64,000 nt of DNA. Source: Thermodesulfobacteriota bacterium (GTDB lineage: Bacteria > Desulfobacterota_D > UBA1144 > Nemesobacterales > UBA2774). The notes beneath the pieces are model-generated. The model saw nothing but the letters and a program-made list of their open reading frames with translations. It searched no databases and was not told the DNA's origin. Both the position numbers and the translations under genes were made by a program. Shown here piece after piece: positions 48,732 to 58,595 of this stretch (position 1 is its first letter; each line of letters starts with the position of its first letter). Where the stretch lies: the NCBI GenBank assembly GCA_021604765.1, contig BQJP01000003.1, positions 14,081 to 78,080 on the forward strand, in the 5' to 3' direction.

Positions 48732-49823
48732 ATGTTTCCCCCCAAATTTTTACTAATCACTTTCCTTAGTCTTTTTCTTTTCACTTCTAAAACTATTATG
48801 GCTTCGGTCAATAATCTTACGGTTCCAGAAGGATTTCAAATAGATGAGTATGCAACAGAATTGGGAAGCCCAAGGTTTATGGCGCTTAGTCCTGACAATA
48901 TTCTTTTTGTTACTGTTATCGGGGACGGAACTGTTGTAGCCCTGCCTGATAGAAATATGGATGGTAAGTCAGAAGAAGCGATCACCTTTATTAAGGGGCT
49001 AAAACGTCCTCACGGGATAGCTTTTCATGATGGGTATATATATGTTGGGGAAACTAACCAGATAGTTAGATATAAGTATAATGGCTTTGAAAAGGAACAT
49101 GGAGAGAAAGAGATAATTGTTTCGGATCTTCCAACCAAGGGGCATTTTACAAGGACTGTATCCTTTGGACCTGATGGAAAGATGTACGTTTCAATCGGTT
49201 CTTCCTGTAATGTCTGTATTGAAAAAGATAAACGACGTGCAACTATTATGCGGTTTAATCCAGACGGTACAGGTGGTGAGATCTTTGCAACAGGGCTTAG
49301 AAACTCAGTAGGACTTACATGGAATTCCACAACTAAAGATTTATGGGCTACTGATAATGGTAGAGATTGGTTGGGAGATAATCTGCCTCCCGATGAAGTA
49401 AATATAATCAAAGAAAATAAAGATTATGGCTGGCCCTATTGTTATGGTGATAAAATCCCTGACCCCGAATTTGGTAACCTGGAGCGATGTAAAAATACTA
49501 TTGCCCCAATTGTAGAACTACAAGCCCACTCAGCCCCTTTAGGATTAACATTTTATGAGGGTAAAATGTTCCCTCCAGACTATCAGGATGATCTCTTTGT
49601 GGCTTTTCATGGTTCATGGAATCGCACAATACCAACCGGTTATAAAGTAGTTAGAGTTAAGATGAAAGATGGAGAACCTCAGGGGGTGGAAGATTTTGCT
49701 TCCGGATGGATGACTGTAACAAAGAAGTCTGGAAGGCCTGTTGATGTCTTGGTCGGCAAAAAAGGTGAGCTGTATATATCGGATGACTTAGGTGGAATAA
49801 TTTATAGAATTACATCCCAATAG
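48732..49823 (+). CDS. Secreted PQQ-dependent sugar/sorbosone dehydrogenase (sGDH beta-propeller family)
   Basis: Signal peptide; sGDH-family motifs (HGIAFHDGYIYVGE, GLRNSVGLTWN, DNGRDWLGDNLPPDE). Confidence 0.75.
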   Translation: MFPPKFLLITFLSLFLFTSKTIMASVNNLTVPEGFQIDEYATELGSPRFMALSPDNILFVTVIGDGTVVALPDRNMDGKSEEAITFIKGLKRPHGIAFHDGYIYVGETNQIVRYKYNGFEKEHGEKEIIVSDLPTKGHFTRTVSFGPDGKMYVSIGSSCNVCIEKDKRRATIMRFNPDGTGGEIFATGLRNSVGLTWNSTTKDLWATDNGRDWLGDNLPPDEVNIIKENKDYGWPYCYGDKIPDPEFGNLERCKNTIAPIVELQAHSAPLGLTFYEGKMFPPDYQDDLFVAFHGSWNRTIPTGYKVVRVKMKDGEPQGVEDFASGWMTVTKKSGRPVDVLVGKKGELYISDDLGGIIYRITSQ

Positions 49824-49989
49824 CTATATTTCTTAGTTCTTAGAAAAGCAAGTTTAATAAAATCAGGCAATTAATCGATATAGTTTAAGTAAAATATTGG
49901 ATATGTTATGACGTTTTGTTAAGTATTGTTTGTATCTGACTCTTTTTGTTGATTATATTTGCTGAATGATTGTAAGTGTGGAACTAGTT

Positions 49990-50535
49990 TTAAGCCTCGG
50001 GTATGCCTTTCTTTTTCTGATTAAAAAGATAATATAGAATCAACACAATTGTTATAGCAATTAAGATAAATTTTACCAGAGCAGCACTAGATGCCACGAA
50101 TATTAAAACAGCACTGAGGCTCTCGGTATTTTGTAGCTGAAATAGGAATAGGGTATTCTCGATAATATCAAGCACACCTGCAATAATAGGAATAGAAAAC
50201 AGGGTTAAAGCTCTATCGTGATCAATCCCTCTTAGTAATGAACCCAGTAAATTGCTTAGAAAGCCTATATAAGAGAATATGAAGAGGTAATCCACCCATA
50301 ACATAATCAAGTGTGAGCGTATTCCGTCCTCTCCGCATTGATTAATTATCTGATTCAAGCCCGATTTAGTAAATACAAGCTCAAGAGATATCATATCAGG
50401 GCAACTCGGTGGTCTTAACTGTGCGTCTAAAATCACCATAACCAAGGCATTAAGAACAAAAAACATACCAGTGAAGATTAAGTATTGTTTTACCGCCAGC
50501 AGTTGGAATAGAAAATCTATGATTTTTTTATACAT
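49990..50535 (-). CDS. Hypothetical integral membrane protein
   Basis: Five hydrophobic segments; no motif. Confidence 0.4.
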   Translation of the reverse strand: MYKKIIDFLFQLLAVKQYLIFTGMFFVLNALVMVILDAQLRPPSCPDMISLELVFTKSGLNQIINQCGEDGIRSHLIMLWVDYLFIFSYIGFLSNLLGSLLRGIDHDRALTLFSIPIIAGVLDIIENTLFLFQLQNTESLSAVLIFVASSAALVKFILIAITIVLILYYLFNQKKKGIPEA

Positions 50536-50689
50536 AAGAATCTATCTCAAGTTAAGTTCGCATATGAGTATGCAGGATAAATGTAAACAATCAATATTTA
50601 GCCTATAACTCAGTGAAATAATCTTGTTGCTCCTTTATGTTGTGCTAGAATTCTTATAATTAAAAAACTTATGGAGACAGTTTGGAAAA

Positions 50690-51007
50690 ATGACCAATTC
50701 AAGAATAGAGCAACTAAGAATACTTCTTAAAAAAGATCCCAACAACCCTCTGGGAAGATATGGTCTTGCAAATGAGCTCTTTAAATCTGAATTATACGAA
50801 GAAGCTATAGTTGAAATAGAAGAGTACCTAGAGCTTAAAGACGACGAAGGCGCAGTATATCGTATGTTGGCTGAGTGTCATATTAGAACAGGAAATATAG
50901 AAAATGCAAAAGAGGCTTATGCAAAGGGAATTGAAGCTGCGAACCGTCATGGGCACCCTAGTATGGCTGAGGAGTTTGAAGAAGCAATTGAGTTTCTTGA
51001 TGAATAA
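50690..51007 (+). CDS. Small TPR-like repeat protein
   Basis: Helical repeat pattern with the TPR-like consensus (LANELFKSELYEEAIVEIEEYL...AECHIRTGNIENAKEAYAKGI). Confidence 0.5.
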   Translation: MTNSRIEQLRILLKKDPNNPLGRYGLANELFKSELYEEAIVEIEEYLELKDDEGAVYRMLAECHIRTGNIENAKEAYAKGIEAANRHGHPSMAEEFEEAIEFLDE

Positions 51008-51039
51008 ATTTTATTGTTATTGTTAAAGGAGATACTAAG

Positions 51040-51348
51040 ATGGGGAATGTTTTCGAGGCCGCCAGAATTGATGAGTTAGATTCAGGGCAAGCAAAGTTGG
51101 TTGAAATTGAGGATAAGGAAATAGCACTTTTTAACTGTGATGGTACCTACTATGCAATAGACAATGAATGCTCTCATGTGGGAGGACCTCTTTGCGAAGG
51201 TGAAATTGATGGTAGCACAGTAATATGCCCCTGGCACGGGGCAGAATTTGATCTTAAATCTGGAGAGGCTCTGGCTCCGCCTGCCGAAGAAAATGTCAAC
51301 ACATACAAAGTGCATATTGATGGGGATTTAATAAAGATAGAGATCTAA
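51040..51348 (+). CDS. Rieske [2Fe-2S] domain protein (small ferredoxin type)
   Basis: CSHVGGPL ... CPWHGAEF Rieske boxes; 102 aa. Confidence 0.8.
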   Translation: MGNVFEAARIDELDSGQAKLVEIEDKEIALFNCDGTYYAIDNECSHVGGPLCEGEIDGSTVICPWHGAEFDLKSGEALAPPAEENVNTYKVHIDGDLIKIEI

Positions 51349-51352
51349 AAAG

Positions 51353-52621
51353 CTATAAATGAAGTCCTTCAAACAGATCACCTTCCGGTCTTTCCCTTGA
51401 AAGGTCTTCAGCACTTCTTAGCTCCTCTCTGATTTTTCCCTCCAGTATCAGATCGGCGAGAGCTACCCCTGCTCCATAAGAAATCATAAGCCCCCGTCCT
51501 GTGTGCGCGATGGATTCGTAAATGTTTTCCAAACCGGGGACTTTTCCTAAATACCCCGAACGATCAGGAGTTTCGGCATAAATCCCTGCCCAGCCTCTTA
51601 TAAATTTCACTTTCTCAAATTTGCTGATTCTTTTCCAGAGAGGGAGCCAAATATAATTTACAAAAAGACTCTCCTCATCCATACCCCCGAAGCTAAATTC
51701 AAGATTGTATCCGTAAGGCTCATCCATATTTGAGTAGCCGGCGAGTACGTTTCCGGACTCCTCATGAAAGTAAATATCGGAGGTGTCTATTATCATTCCA
51801 TAAGATGAGAGATCAACTTCAGGACATTTCATTACAACCATTTGTCGTCTTCTGGGTTTTACCATAGTGTCTTTAAACCCGCACATTTCAGATACTCTCG
51901 GGCCCCAGGCTCCTGCGGTATTAATCAACGTACCGCATTTAAAGGTAACCTCTTTGAAGTTGTGCCCGACTTCTCCTTCAGTCAATATGCTTTGGATGAT
52001 ACCATCCAAGTTCTTGCTTTCTGTATCTGAGCTTCTTAAATCATCAGCTATTACTTGTGACGCCTCTCCGTTTTGAACGAAAATCTCTTTTACGTATATA
52101 CGGTCGAAGAATTTCACACCCCTTTCGCGTGCATGCCTCCGGTAATGTTCCCTAAGGGAGTAATGATCTATAAGGCCTGCTTTTTTGGAAACGGAGAGTC
52201 CCGAGATCCCCTCAAGATTATTGACAAAGGAAAGAAATCGGGGGATATCGTCTGTGGAATAAAGCTCTACTGGGAGGTTATATTTTTTGTAGAGCGGGTA
52301 GTTCCTTTCTATCTCCTCCCAAGATCGCTCATCGTGCATCCAGTAGTAGCCTGATTTACGAAACTGAATTTCTTCTGATATGGTCTCATAAAAATCAATC
52401 GAGTATTTGCATAGTTCAATATTTGCTCTGTTTCTCCAGGTTGCTCTCACGCCTCCCGCATTCTTCAGTGTGGAGGAGTGTTCTCCTTCAAGGTCGAGAT
52501 CAATTACCCCAATACTAAGGTTCTGTTCTTTGCTGTCGAGCTCTTTTGAGAGCGCATAAGCGCTTGCCGAACCCATAATACCGGCGCCTATAAATAAAAC
52601 ATCGAAACTGTAATTACTCAT
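51353..52621 (-). CDS. FAD-dependent oxidoreductase (DAO family; glycine/D-amino-acid/sarcosine oxidase-like)
   Basis: N-terminal dinucleotide motif (VLFIGAGIMGSASAYAL); DAO-family length. Confidence 0.7.
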   Translation of the reverse strand: MSNYSFDVLFIGAGIMGSASAYALSKELDSKEQNLSIGVIDLDLEGEHSSTLKNAGGVRATWRNRANIELCKYSIDFYETISEEIQFRKSGYYWMHDERSWEEIERNYPLYKKYNLPVELYSTDDIPRFLSFVNNLEGISGLSVSKKAGLIDHYSLREHYRRHARERGVKFFDRIYVKEIFVQNGEASQVIADDLRSSDTESKNLDGIIQSILTEGEVGHNFKEVTFKCGTLINTAGAWGPRVSEMCGFKDTMVKPRRRQMVVMKCPEVDLSSYGMIIDTSDIYFHEESGNVLAGYSNMDEPYGYNLEFSFGGMDEESLFVNYIWLPLWKRISKFEKVKFIRGWAGIYAETPDRSGYLGKVPGLENIYESIAHTGRGLMISYGAGVALADLILEGKIREELRSAEDLSRERPEGDLFEGLHL

Positions 52622-52726
52622 GTAAATATTCTAGCATAAGGGGCCAGACAATATTCTTTATATTTAGGAGTTTTTGAACAAAAAAACCCCCTTAGTTCCC
52701 GGCATGAATGGTGTTATATTAAATAT

Positions 52727-53989
52727 ATGGAAAAAGGGAAGTTAGACTGTCTCTTTCTCGATATGAATTCCTATTTTGCATCTGTCGAGCAGCAGTTAAG
52801 GCCTAAATTAAGGGGCAAACCTACCGTTGTTGTTCCAGTGATGGCTGACAGCACTTGTTGTATAGCTGCAAGCTACGAGGCTAAGAAGTACGGTATAAGG
52901 ACTGGGACCAAAGTTGCAACAGCAAAGAAACTTTGTGGTACTTTAAACGTGGTTCAAGCAAGACCCACTCTATATATTGAGTGCCATAACAAGATTGTCT
53001 CAGCTGTAAGAGATGTTCTTCCAATAGATAAAATTCATTCAATTGATGAGATGTCGTGCAAGTTAAGTGGTAGAGACAGGAAATACGATAATGCTGTTGC
53101 TTTGGGTCATGAGGTAAAAGAATCTATTAAGAGGCATGCGGGCGAATCTCTTCGTTGCTCAGTTGGTCTTGCGCCTAATCGTTTTATTGCAAAAGTTGCA
53201 AGCGGCATGAAAAAACCAGATGGTTTTACCGTGATAACCAAAGAAGATTTACCCCATATTCTCTATCCCCTCTCGCTCAGGGACCTGCCTGGTATAGGTA
53301 GAAACATGCAAGCACGTCTTAAGAAGCATAATGTTCATAATGTAGAAGATCTTTACTCTTTGTCGGGGGATAGGTTTTTGGATATCTGGAACAACATTGA
53401 GGGCAAGCGTCTCAGCCAGCTCTTGGCTGGTGAGGACATGGTAGAGAAACAGAGCAAGAGGAGAAGCGTGAGCCATTCTCATGTGATGGCACCTGAGATG
53501 AGGACTGACGAGAGGACACGGGCTGTTCTTATCAGGTTAATACACAAAGCTGGTTTTAGACTTAGAAGGCTAAAATATCTGGCGGGGAATATAACTATTA
53601 AAGTAAAATATTTTAACGCTAAAAATAGCTGGAAAAGAAAGCTTAACATAGGAAAGCGCCATGATACGCAGAGTTTTATTAAAGCTTTTTCAGATATCTG
53701 GAAAGATAGACCCCGGGGGCTCACACCCCTTAGCGTAGCTGTAATTCTGTCCGAGCTAACACCAATTAATGAGACAAGTTATTGCCTTTTCTCAAATGAA
53801 TTTAAACAGGACAAATTGGCGAGCGCTCTTGATGAGATAAATGAAAAGTATGGAACCAATAGTATATATTTCGGCTCAATGCATGAGGCTTCAGAATCAG
53901 CGCCTCTTCGTATAGCTTTTACCTCAATTCCCGATGTGGTTGCTGAAGGTACAAAAGCAGAACGTGCTACTTTATCAGAGCAAAAGTAA
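52727..53989 (+). CDS. Y-family DNA polymerase (DinB/UmuC-like)
   Basis: N-terminal catalytic region (CLFLDMNSYFASVE, SIDEMS), then little-finger-like C-terminal region. The first acidic motif reads DMN rather than the canonical DMD. Confidence 0.7.
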   Translation: MEKGKLDCLFLDMNSYFASVEQQLRPKLRGKPTVVVPVMADSTCCIAASYEAKKYGIRTGTKVATAKKLCGTLNVVQARPTLYIECHNKIVSAVRDVLPIDKIHSIDEMSCKLSGRDRKYDNAVALGHEVKESIKRHAGESLRCSVGLAPNRFIAKVASGMKKPDGFTVITKEDLPHILYPLSLRDLPGIGRNMQARLKKHNVHNVEDLYSLSGDRFLDIWNNIEGKRLSQLLAGEDMVEKQSKRRSVSHSHVMAPEMRTDERTRAVLIRLIHKAGFRLRRLKYLAGNITIKVKYFNAKNSWKRKLNIGKRHDTQSFIKAFSDIWKDRPRGLTPLSVAVILSELTPINETSYCLFSNEFKQDKLASALDEINEKYGTNSIYFGSMHEASESAPLRIAFTSIPDVVAEGTKAERATLSEQK

Positions 53990-54045
53990 AAAGCCCATTT
54001 TAGATTTCATCATGAATTGTTCAATGGTATAAAGTGTTAAGGACT

Positions 54046-54531
54046 TTAGTCTTTTGGGAAAGAAAAAAGATATTGGTCTGTATTTTTAGAGACCTCGAAA
54101 TTTTTTGATGTGACTTTATTTACAAACCTTATGGACTTGCCGTCCGTTACTAAGTTCCAATTTTGCGGTGTTTGTAGAACATCAGGCATTTTTTCTTTTA
54201 TGAAATCAAGAATATCTCGGAAGCGGTTTACGTGTATGCCGTTTTTTTGGAGAGATATAAGCCATCTGAGAACAATAAAGTCTTCAGTGGAGTAAAGTTT
54301 AGGAACCCCCCTTCCCTGCGATTTTTTTAGGCTCGGAACTAAGAGCCCTGTATGCTCATAATAGTAGAGATGATCAAAGTCGAGTTTGATTCCCTCAAGG
54401 GCATCAATGAGATGAATTATATCTATACTCTTAAGCCCCATCTGGGCTTTCTTTATTGTAATCCCCTTAGTCTTAACTTCTTTTGTAATTTCTTTTGACC
54501 CAGAGGACCCTGAGATATAACCTGAATCCAT
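54046..54531 (-). CDS. MerR-like HTH-domain protein (tentative)
   Basis: The segment GLKSIDIIHLIDALEGIKLDFDHLYYYEHTGLLVPSLKKSQGRGVPKLYSTEDFIVLRWL resembles the MerR wing-helix (RTLRYYEKIGLL...R.Y..ED...L). Confidence 0.4.
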   Translation of the reverse strand: MDSGYISGSSGSKEITKEVKTKGITIKKAQMGLKSIDIIHLIDALEGIKLDFDHLYYYEHTGLLVPSLKKSQGRGVPKLYSTEDFIVLRWLISLQKNGIHVNRFRDILDFIKEKMPDVLQTPQNWNLVTDGKSIRFVNKVTSKNFEVSKNTDQYLFSFPKD

Positions 54532-54631
54532 AGTTTCAAAACTATCATAAAGAATCTATCAGTTCAATCATTCTTGACAGCGGGTAAAGTGCTATCTATT
54601 TTTCTAGTTACAGAATTAAGGAGATAAAGTT

Positions 54632-55504
54632 ATGACAAATGGTCAGAAACTAAGAAAAGTCTTATCAGATCCTGGGATTTTAGTACTACCGGGAGTGCAT
54701 GATTGTGTAAGTGTTAAAATTGCCGAAAAGATTGGTTTTGGGGTTGCATTTACAAGTGGATTTGGCATATCGGCAACAATGTTAGGCAGACCAGATTTTG
54801 GTTTTTTAACAGCGACAGAGATGCTTTGGAGCGTAAGTCGAATTGTAAACTCAGTGGACATACCAGTTGTCGTAGATATAGATACCGGATATGGAAATCC
54901 TTTAAATGTGATACAAACAGTAGAAGAAGTTGTGAGAATAGGAGCAGGCGGGATTATTCTAGAGGACCAGGAGTGGCCCAAGAAGTGTGGACATTTTGAG
55001 GGTAAGCGAGTTATTACTCCACTAGAGCATGTAGAGAAAATACGCGCTGCCGTGCAAGCACGTGGGGATAGTGAGTTGGTTATAATCGGACGCACTGATT
55101 CCAGGGCTTCTAATGGTCTTCAAGAAGCTATTAATAGAGGAAGAGCATACTTTGAAGCCGGAGCAGATATCGTTTTTATAGAGGCGCCTCAAAGTGTGGA
55201 GGAGCTTAAGCAAATTGCTGCTGCATTTGATGAGGGAGTCCCACTTTTTGCCAATATGGTTGAGGGAGGAAAAACCCCATTCTTAAGCGCCAATGAATTA
55301 GAGGAGTTGGGTTATAAAATAGTTGTTTACCCTCTTGCAGGTTTATTCTCAGCAACTAAAGCCATTGAATGCTGTTTCGCTCACCTGAAAGAGAATGGAA
55401 CTTCAGAAGGATTTGGAGACATACTCAAATTTAAAGATTTTGAAGAGGTAATTGAAACTGCAAAGTACAGGGATTTGGAATCTAAATTTAAAGCTAGTTC
55501 GTAA
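54632..55504 (+). CDS. Isocitrate lyase / PEP mutase-family enzyme (2-methylisocitrate-lyase or carboxy-PEP-mutase-like)
   Basis: Family motifs (DIDTGYGN, EDQEWPKKCGH). It lacks the EDKxxxxxNS motif diagnostic of true PEP mutases. Confidence 0.8.
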   Translation: MTNGQKLRKVLSDPGILVLPGVHDCVSVKIAEKIGFGVAFTSGFGISATMLGRPDFGFLTATEMLWSVSRIVNSVDIPVVVDIDTGYGNPLNVIQTVEEVVRIGAGGIILEDQEWPKKCGHFEGKRVITPLEHVEKIRAAVQARGDSELVIIGRTDSRASNGLQEAINRGRAYFEAGADIVFIEAPQSVEELKQIAAAFDEGVPLFANMVEGGKTPFLSANELEELGYKIVVYPLAGLFSATKAIECCFAHLKENGTSEGFGDILKFKDFEEVIETAKYRDLESKFKASS

Positions 55505-56921
55505 GATTTAATAATGAACTTAAATCTAAAGCATTACCGTTTAACTTTATCTGTCCCAAGCCATAAGTAGCCTCTATCTCATAATTGCCGTCTTTGATTA
55601 CAAGTATTTCTTGATCCAACATTTCTTTGATTTCAGACTCAGATCTAGCCTTTCCTAGAGTCTGAAGTTCTTTTTCTGAAGGAAGCTCTTCTTTATTACT
55701 ATTCTTTTCATCAGTAATCTCTTCGATTTTATAGTCTTTTAATAGATTATCCATAAGCGGTTTGGATACGGATAGTTTCAACTCGGCTGATATTGCTGCT
55801 AAGAGAAATATTGGATTTGCCGCCAACTCAGGGTTACCAAAGCTATCTCCGCTAACCGAAATTATCCCGTATCCATTTATCTCACCCTCTCCTGTTTTAA
55901 TAAATAGCTTCGTAAGCTCAATCTCAGGGGAGCTTTTAAATAGGCTTGGTAATGTCTTCATTAGCTCTGCCGTTAGTAGATCAGTTGTGGAAGATCCTTC
56001 TTGGTTTTCGCTTTGCTTTATTGCAGCTTGTATTTCCTCAAATGCTAATTTATCAATATTGCGCATTTGAAGCTCATATATGCCCGGACCATAGCTGTTG
56101 CCACCAACTGTTAGCGTTTCAAATCCTACGCTATGAGTATGATTTAGTAATTTGCCCTTCTGATTTGTAGAACCGGTAAATTCAAGATTTGTAAGTGTTA
56201 ATTGATTAAGCTCATCGCCGTCTTTTCCTTTAGAGCTAAATTTTTCAATTTTTAAGTCGATATTGCCAAGAGGGTTTTTATAGTTTGAAGCCGGATAATC
56301 CAGGTTGGATTCAATATTTATTCCACTTACTTCAACTCGAAAAGTATTATCCTCAATTTGCAGATCTCCCGAATTAACTATTGAGTAAACTGTGTAAAGC
56401 TCAGGTGTAAAATTAATGAGCCCATCTAATCCAGACCATTTTAGCGTCTTTCCATCTTTCATCTTCCGCTCAATACTAGGTATTGAGACTTCTGTTGTGC
56501 CATAACCATTTAAGGAAAGAGTTGTTTCAAGATCCATAGGAGGGAACGAATTCACAAGATCGGCATACTCTTCTTTTGAATTTGTATTGATTTGTGCCTC
56601 AGTTTCGATAATTGCCATTACTGGTTTTAGCATAAACTTTCCTTTAGATAACAATCCTATTGGTATTGGGCCATGATATATCGTATCTTTTTCAATAATA
56701 TTTACGGTACCTTCTTCTACATCTTTTATAGAGTAAGTGATTTTCGCCGAGGACTTGAGCCATCCTCTCTCATAATCCTTGCTAACTATCTCCAGATTTT
56801 CAAATTTAGATACGTTTTCTGTCAGATTGTTGTACTCTTCTTCAGCTTTCATTCCAAACCAATACGGCGGAACTAATATAGCTATCAGTAAGATACAAAT
56901 AATAATTACTAATGCTCTCAT
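55494..56921 (-). CDS. YdgA-like (DUF945-family) exported protein
   Basis: N-terminal TM/signal, a YERGWLKSS segment resembling the DUF945 ERGWFSS motif, 475 aa. Confidence 0.45.
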   Translation of the reverse strand: MRALVIIICILLIAILVPPYWFGMKAEEEYNNLTENVSKFENLEIVSKDYERGWLKSSAKITYSIKDVEEGTVNIIEKDTIYHGPIPIGLLSKGKFMLKPVMAIIETEAQINTNSKEEYADLVNSFPPMDLETTLSLNGYGTTEVSIPSIERKMKDGKTLKWSGLDGLINFTPELYTVYSIVNSGDLQIEDNTFRVEVSGINIESNLDYPASNYKNPLGNIDLKIEKFSSKGKDGDELNQLTLTNLEFTGSTNQKGKLLNHTHSVGFETLTVGGNSYGPGIYELQMRNIDKLAFEEIQAAIKQSENQEGSSTTDLLTAELMKTLPSLFKSSPEIELTKLFIKTGEGEINGYGIISVSGDSFGNPELAANPIFLLAAISAELKLSVSKPLMDNLLKDYKIEEITDEKNSNKEELPSEKELQTLGKARSESEIKEMLDQEILVIKDGNYEIEATYGLGQIKLNGNALDLSSLLNLTN

Positions 56922-56977
56922 GTTGCTTCTCTCTTTAGTTCTTAATTTGAGTTGTAAGTAGTTTGATTTTGCGAAGC

Positions 56978-57613
56978 CTAATTATCTTGTTTTAAATGAT
57001 AGCTTAAGTCTTTTAGGAATTCACCTAAAATATCTTCAAGTGCAAGATTCCAGCCGTTCATCAAGTTTTGTGGTGAGGCTGTTCCTATGGGTTGCTCGGA
57101 TGTGTAGGTTTTGCCAAGTAAGATTTCTGGATCATCAAGATCTTCCGGTGTTTTTATCAGGAAAAATTGAATACTTAATACAGCCTTAGCTGCAGCTAGA
57201 TTCCTGTAGTCCCCGTATAGTTCCATAATATTCCCTTCTATTGTATAATTGGCGATTGCCAAGCTAGCCGGTGTTAACACATCTTCAAAAAGCCCGGACT
57301 CATTTATCCATTGTCTTACACTTTCAGTCATAATAGTGTTTGGAGGCCTGAAAAACTGGTTATAGAAGTCTGATTTATACTCTAGATCGGTTGTTCTGTA
57401 AATAAACTCTCTACCGTCACTCCTCGGAGAAATACTGAATCTGTTGATATCAAGCGTTGCGCCCTGAATAGTTGTTATAGTTTGGGAATGACCGGGAACC
57501 TCAAAAAGGAAGAATGTTCTCTCCGGGTAAGGTTTATTTACGTTTGGACATCCAATAGCTAGAGCTATTAATAACAAAAAGGAACTGAAAATTAATTTGT
57601 TTGAAAGTCTCAT
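56978..57613 (-). CDS. ABC-type transport auxiliary lipoprotein (PqiC/DUF330-like) of the MCE system
   Basis: Lipobox LAIGC; about 200 aa; start overlaps the stop of the upstream MCE gene (ATGA). Confidence 0.6.
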   Translation of the reverse strand: MRLSNKLIFSSFLLLIALAIGCPNVNKPYPERTFFLFEVPGHSQTITTIQGATLDINRFSISPRSDGREFIYRTTDLEYKSDFYNQFFRPPNTIMTESVRQWINESGLFEDVLTPASLAIANYTIEGNIMELYGDYRNLAAAKAVLSIQFFLIKTPEDLDDPEILLGKTYTSEQPIGTASPQNLMNGWNLALEDILGEFLKDLSYHLKQDN

Positions 57614-58572
57614 TGGTTTTTATTCTCCTCTTTGTCCTTATGCCCGAAATGAGGCGGGGGCTCTCCAAAAATTACCCAGGAAGGATATCTTCTTACCGTA
57701 ACCATGAATTCGCTTAGATCTTCTGAAACACGTTCTACATTTTGAAGAATAGCTTCAATATTGTGTTCTCTATTCTGTATAAGACGATCAGTCCTTTTTA
57801 AAGTTCTTTTAAGCTCCTGTGTAGTTTCTGCAATATTGGCTAGTGTTTGCTTAGTGTCTTTACTATTAATTAGTTTATCTGTGTTTGTTATTGTTTTATC
57901 AAGAGTAACTAGTAGACTTTGAAGATCTTTGCTAACCTGAGGGATGTCAGCTTGTTGTACTGCAGTGTTTAGAGTCACTACGAGTTGTTCTACGTCATCT
58001 GAGATTTCTTTAAAATCTATGCTCTGAATAGTCTCTGTAAGCTTCTCAATTGTTTGAGTTATTTGTTGAATGGTTCCGGGAGCAGATGGTATGTAAGGAT
58101 ACTCAGGCTTCCAATCTATATTTAAAGCCGGGTAGCTCTCAGGTTCTAAATATACAGCGTTTAAAACAGCAAGACCCGTGACTCCCTGCGAGGCTAGCTG
58201 TAGCCTTAATCCTTTTTCAATCATATGTTTTAAACCACGCTCCCTGTCATTGTCGTCAATGAAAAGCTTCGGCTTACCTTTATTGCTCCCTTTGTTGGGA
58301 TATATCTGAGCCCTAATCAATACGTATTGGAAATCTGTATCATATTCTTGAAAGACGAACCCTATTTCACTTATATTCCCAACTTGCACTCCCTGAAAAG
58401 TAAGGGCTGCACCTACACTGAGTCCTTGAACAGATTGATTGAAGTAGGTTTCAACAACATATTTTTTCTCAAAAAACTTCCCAGCGCCAAAGAATATTAT
58501 GGCTGCTGCTAGGATCAATGTTCCCAGTATGACGAAAAGGCCAATTTTAAAGAAGTTAGGTTTATTGTTCAT
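57610..58572 (-). CDS. mlaD: MCE-family (MlaD-like) substrate-binding protein
   Basis: N-terminal TM plus MCE domain (VQGLSVGAALTFQGVQVGNISEIGF), C-terminal coiled-coil region. Confidence 0.85.
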   Translation of the reverse strand: MNNKPNFFKIGLFVILGTLILAAAIIFFGAGKFFEKKYVVETYFNQSVQGLSVGAALTFQGVQVGNISEIGFVFQEYDTDFQYVLIRAQIYPNKGSNKGKPKLFIDDNDRERGLKHMIEKGLRLQLASQGVTGLAVLNAVYLEPESYPALNIDWKPEYPYIPSAPGTIQQITQTIEKLTETIQSIDFKEISDDVEQLVVTLNTAVQQADIPQVSKDLQSLLVTLDKTITNTDKLINSKDTKQTLANIAETTQELKRTLKRTDRLIQNREHNIEAILQNVERVSEDLSEFMVTVRRYPSWVIFGEPPPHFGHKDKEENKNQ

Positions 58573-58595
58573 AATCTTATCTGTCTTAATATATC

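Noticed and set aside
52622-52726. LexA/SOS box upstream of the Y-family polymerase
   Set aside because: No CTGT-n8-ACAG or GAAC-n4-GTTC palindrome is present. A lineage-specific box cannot be excluded without the lexA regulon of this organism.
54632-55504. PEP mutase, which would indicate phosphonate biosynthesis
   Set aside because: The active-site region reads EDQEWPKKCGH. It lacks the EDKxxxxxNS motif that distinguishes true PepM from other ICL/PEPM-family members, and no ppd/phosphonate genes are adjacent.
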